This document shows, one piece after another, positions 61,970 to 64,000 of a stretch of 64,000 nt of DNA. Numbering within the stretch: position 1 is the stretch's first letter; each line of letters starts with the position of its first letter. This DNA is from Lytechinus pictus (taxonomy: Eukaryota). The translations under genes and the position numbers were made by a program. Where the stretch lies: contig NC_087245.1 of assembly GCF_037042905.1 (NCBI RefSeq), positions 14,386,001 through 14,450,000 of the forward strand, given 5' to 3'. The notes below the pieces were generated by a model. That model worked only from the letters and a program-made list of their open reading frames with translations, was not told the origin of the DNA and did not search any database.

Positions 61970-63304
61970 ATGGAGTTTCCAACGATCTCTCCGATGTTGA
62001 AAATTAGCAAGATAGGACTTGACATCCACAATATATGCGACATGGGTATCAAGGAACAGTCGTTATATGAACCGATTAGCAGATCTACAAAATTGCAATC
62101 CAAAGAAAAGACAATATGTAAGCGGGTAAGCTACAGCAATACGAGTGACGAATCGGTCACGTGTAAGGAAACGAGATTTAAAAAGAAAGATGTCAATTCA
62201 AATCGGTACAGTCCTACAATTAATACGACATCGTCGATATTCATACACAATGGAAACAACATTCCATCGTATATCTCGGATTGCCCATGGCTACAAGAAT
62301 GTTATTATACGAGTCTAGGGCCAGGGGTATGTCAAGCTGGCACCAGGGAATGCGAGTCATCTGATTTTGAAAGTGATCTCGATCAAAATCATGAAGACTA
62401 TGAACTTACAAAACCTCGCGTCAATGACATTCTTATAAACGTTGCTTCCATGGTCTCGCTACCTTCGGAAAAAACGAAGAACGATGGGAAAGTGTGTAAT
62501 GTAAAGTATAATTCTTGCCCACCTTCTACCGCTATTACTTATACCAAAGAAAGAGATCGGTGTCCAGCTCAGCATGACGTCGGGAGGCACTTCCTCTCCG
62601 ATCACGTACTTCCACAGGAAATGAAAATGTCTAAACTCACTTGCACAACCCAGCCCACCCAGCTTCTCGTTTTGCCTCAAATTGACGTAAAGAGTAATTT
62701 TCACTCCCGTACACCAAGAGAAAGTACATCGAAGAAGAAGAAGGCTTGGGGATCACCGGAATCACCTGTCAAGAACTTCCAACCACAATTCCGCGAAGGG
62801 GCAAATGTTCCTAAGATTCAGAGTGCACCCAAAGACCAATTTAAATCCGGGTTAATGTGTTCAACACGTGAAATTAATGGCGGAAAGAATGTTAGTAGCA
62901 ACGAGACGGGTTTCGTCAAATGTGCAACAAAGAAGGATAAATCCCTACAATATTTCCGGGAATATAGAGTGAACAAACGTGACAAATATAGTGCCAGGTA
63001 CAGTAGCGATAGCATACTTGCTTCTATCAAGACACAGTATGGTGAGGATCAGACCGTGATAAACGGATCTTCTCTGATGGGGATGACCTCATCAAACCTT
63101 CGAAAAACATATGCTTCAAGGGCAGAACGTCTGGAGTACTCGCCTTTGACTAGCCTTAACACTGATTTGGCTCGTTGTGTGAGTACACCGACGATTCGTC
63201 TGCCCTCGGGACCATGTCCTGAAAGAAGGTTACAGGGAATGACCCTTCGTGAATCTTGTTGCTCAAGCCAACCGAATGAACCGAAACGGGCCTCTAATAA
63301 GTGA
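61970..63304 (+). CDS. Uncharacterised Ser/Lys/Thr-rich, probably disordered protein (444 aa); single or terminal coding exon
   Basis: 1335-nt stop-free frame in AT-rich DNA, non-repetitive, no TE motifs; preceded by the acceptor tttttcaacAG at 61967-61968; candidate upstream donor AG|GTAAGA at 60173. Confidence 0.7.
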   Translation: MEFPTISPMLKISKIGLDIHNICDMGIKEQSLYEPISRSTKLQSKEKTICKRVSYSNTSDESVTCKETRFKKKDVNSNRYSPTINTTSSIFIHNGNNIPSYISDCPWLQECYYTSLGPGVCQAGTRECESSDFESDLDQNHEDYELTKPRVNDILINVASMVSLPSEKTKNDGKVCNVKYNSCPPSTAITYTKERDRCPAQHDVGRHFLSDHVLPQEMKMSKLTCTTQPTQLLVLPQIDVKSNFHSRTPRESTSKKKKAWGSPESPVKNFQPQFREGANVPKIQSAPKDQFKSGLMCSTREINGGKNVSSNETGFVKCATKKDKSLQYFREYRVNKRDKYSARYSSDSILASIKTQYGEDQTVINGSSLMGMTSSNLRKTYASRAERLEYSPLTSLNTDLARCVSTPTIRLPSGPCPERRLQGMTLRESCCSSQPNEPKRASNK

Positions 63305-64000
63305 TGATTTGTGAATTGACTGGGAATAAGAAACTTTGTGGTCGCGGAAACTTGAAAGAACGGATGAATAAAAACATGAAAAGGGTATACCATTGTACAC
63401 CAACATCTCTAGGCGATCACCATGTTGATCCAGTGGTGGCGTAACTACGAGGGGCACGTGCCTATCGGCCATATTCAAAACAAAACAAAATTCGGCTGGC
63501 AAAAAAAAAAACCGGGGGAAAAGAAGTAAAAGAGGGAGAAAGAATGAGAAATGTAGTGGGGGTGAATAAGAAGAAAATATTGTATATCATATCACATTGT
63601 GTTATGTAATATTATACATATATTACATAGTATTTTTTCATATTCTTTCAAACATAGTTTGCTTAGGGCCTATGTGTTCATCACCCCCGGTGATCGCATT
63701 GTCTGTTTGATAAGAATCCTGTTCAAGGGGATTAAATGGTACTAAAGCTATTTCATGTAAAATTATGAACCAAGTTTCTTACGATTGGTCAGATTTCATT
63801 AACCATGTTAACCGTTTCGACTAATGTCGATAAGATTTTTTAAGCGGTTTGTGAGATATGGTTTTGCATCTTTATCTCTGGTTTTCTACATAAATTGTAA
63901 TTATGTTTTTGTTTATGTTTTTTTGTAATGATGATGATTCATTTCATGACAAGATTGTATATTTTCATCTATTGTTGTATACCTGTTAAACACTTACTAG

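Overview
This is AT-rich, intron-containing animal genomic DNA. It is most likely a marine deuterostome such as a sea urchin, inferred from the style of its SINE, MITE and CR1 families and not verified. No prokaryotic features were found (operons, CRISPR, rRNA, true tRNA). Host genes, all on +: (1) the last five micro-exons of a tetraspanin (23-3986), almost invisible in the ORF track, with a CCG motif and a very short 4-Cys EC2 loop; (2) a 4-exon SLC16/MCT-family MFS transporter (~11115-35284, about 519 aa) whose 20.4-kb first intron is mostly transposons; (3) a 444-aa low-complexity orphan ORF (61970-63304) directly behind a splice acceptor. The rest is a dense, often nested transposon landscape that can be resolved by target-site duplications (TSDs). 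An L1/Tx1-type LINE is split by a 3.5-kb foldback element with TAT...ATA termini, a 6-bp TSD (IS3EU-like) and mirrored palindromic 31-bp minisatellites. A second, Mutator/TU-like foldback carries nested insertions up to three elements deep. A CR1 element with an SGNH-esterase ORF1 is broken up by four later insertions, one an RNase H-bearing I/Nimb LINE. A CR1/L2-group LINE retains both ends but has a clean in-frame ORF2 deletion. There are many non-autonomous DNA elements (hAT-, Tc1-, Kolobok-, Harbinger-, EnSpm- and Sola2-like), tRNA-derived SINEs, and two 17-24 bp CATAG...ATG micro-elements with 7-bp TSDs. Superfamily labels rest only on termini/TSD signatures; no database search was possible.
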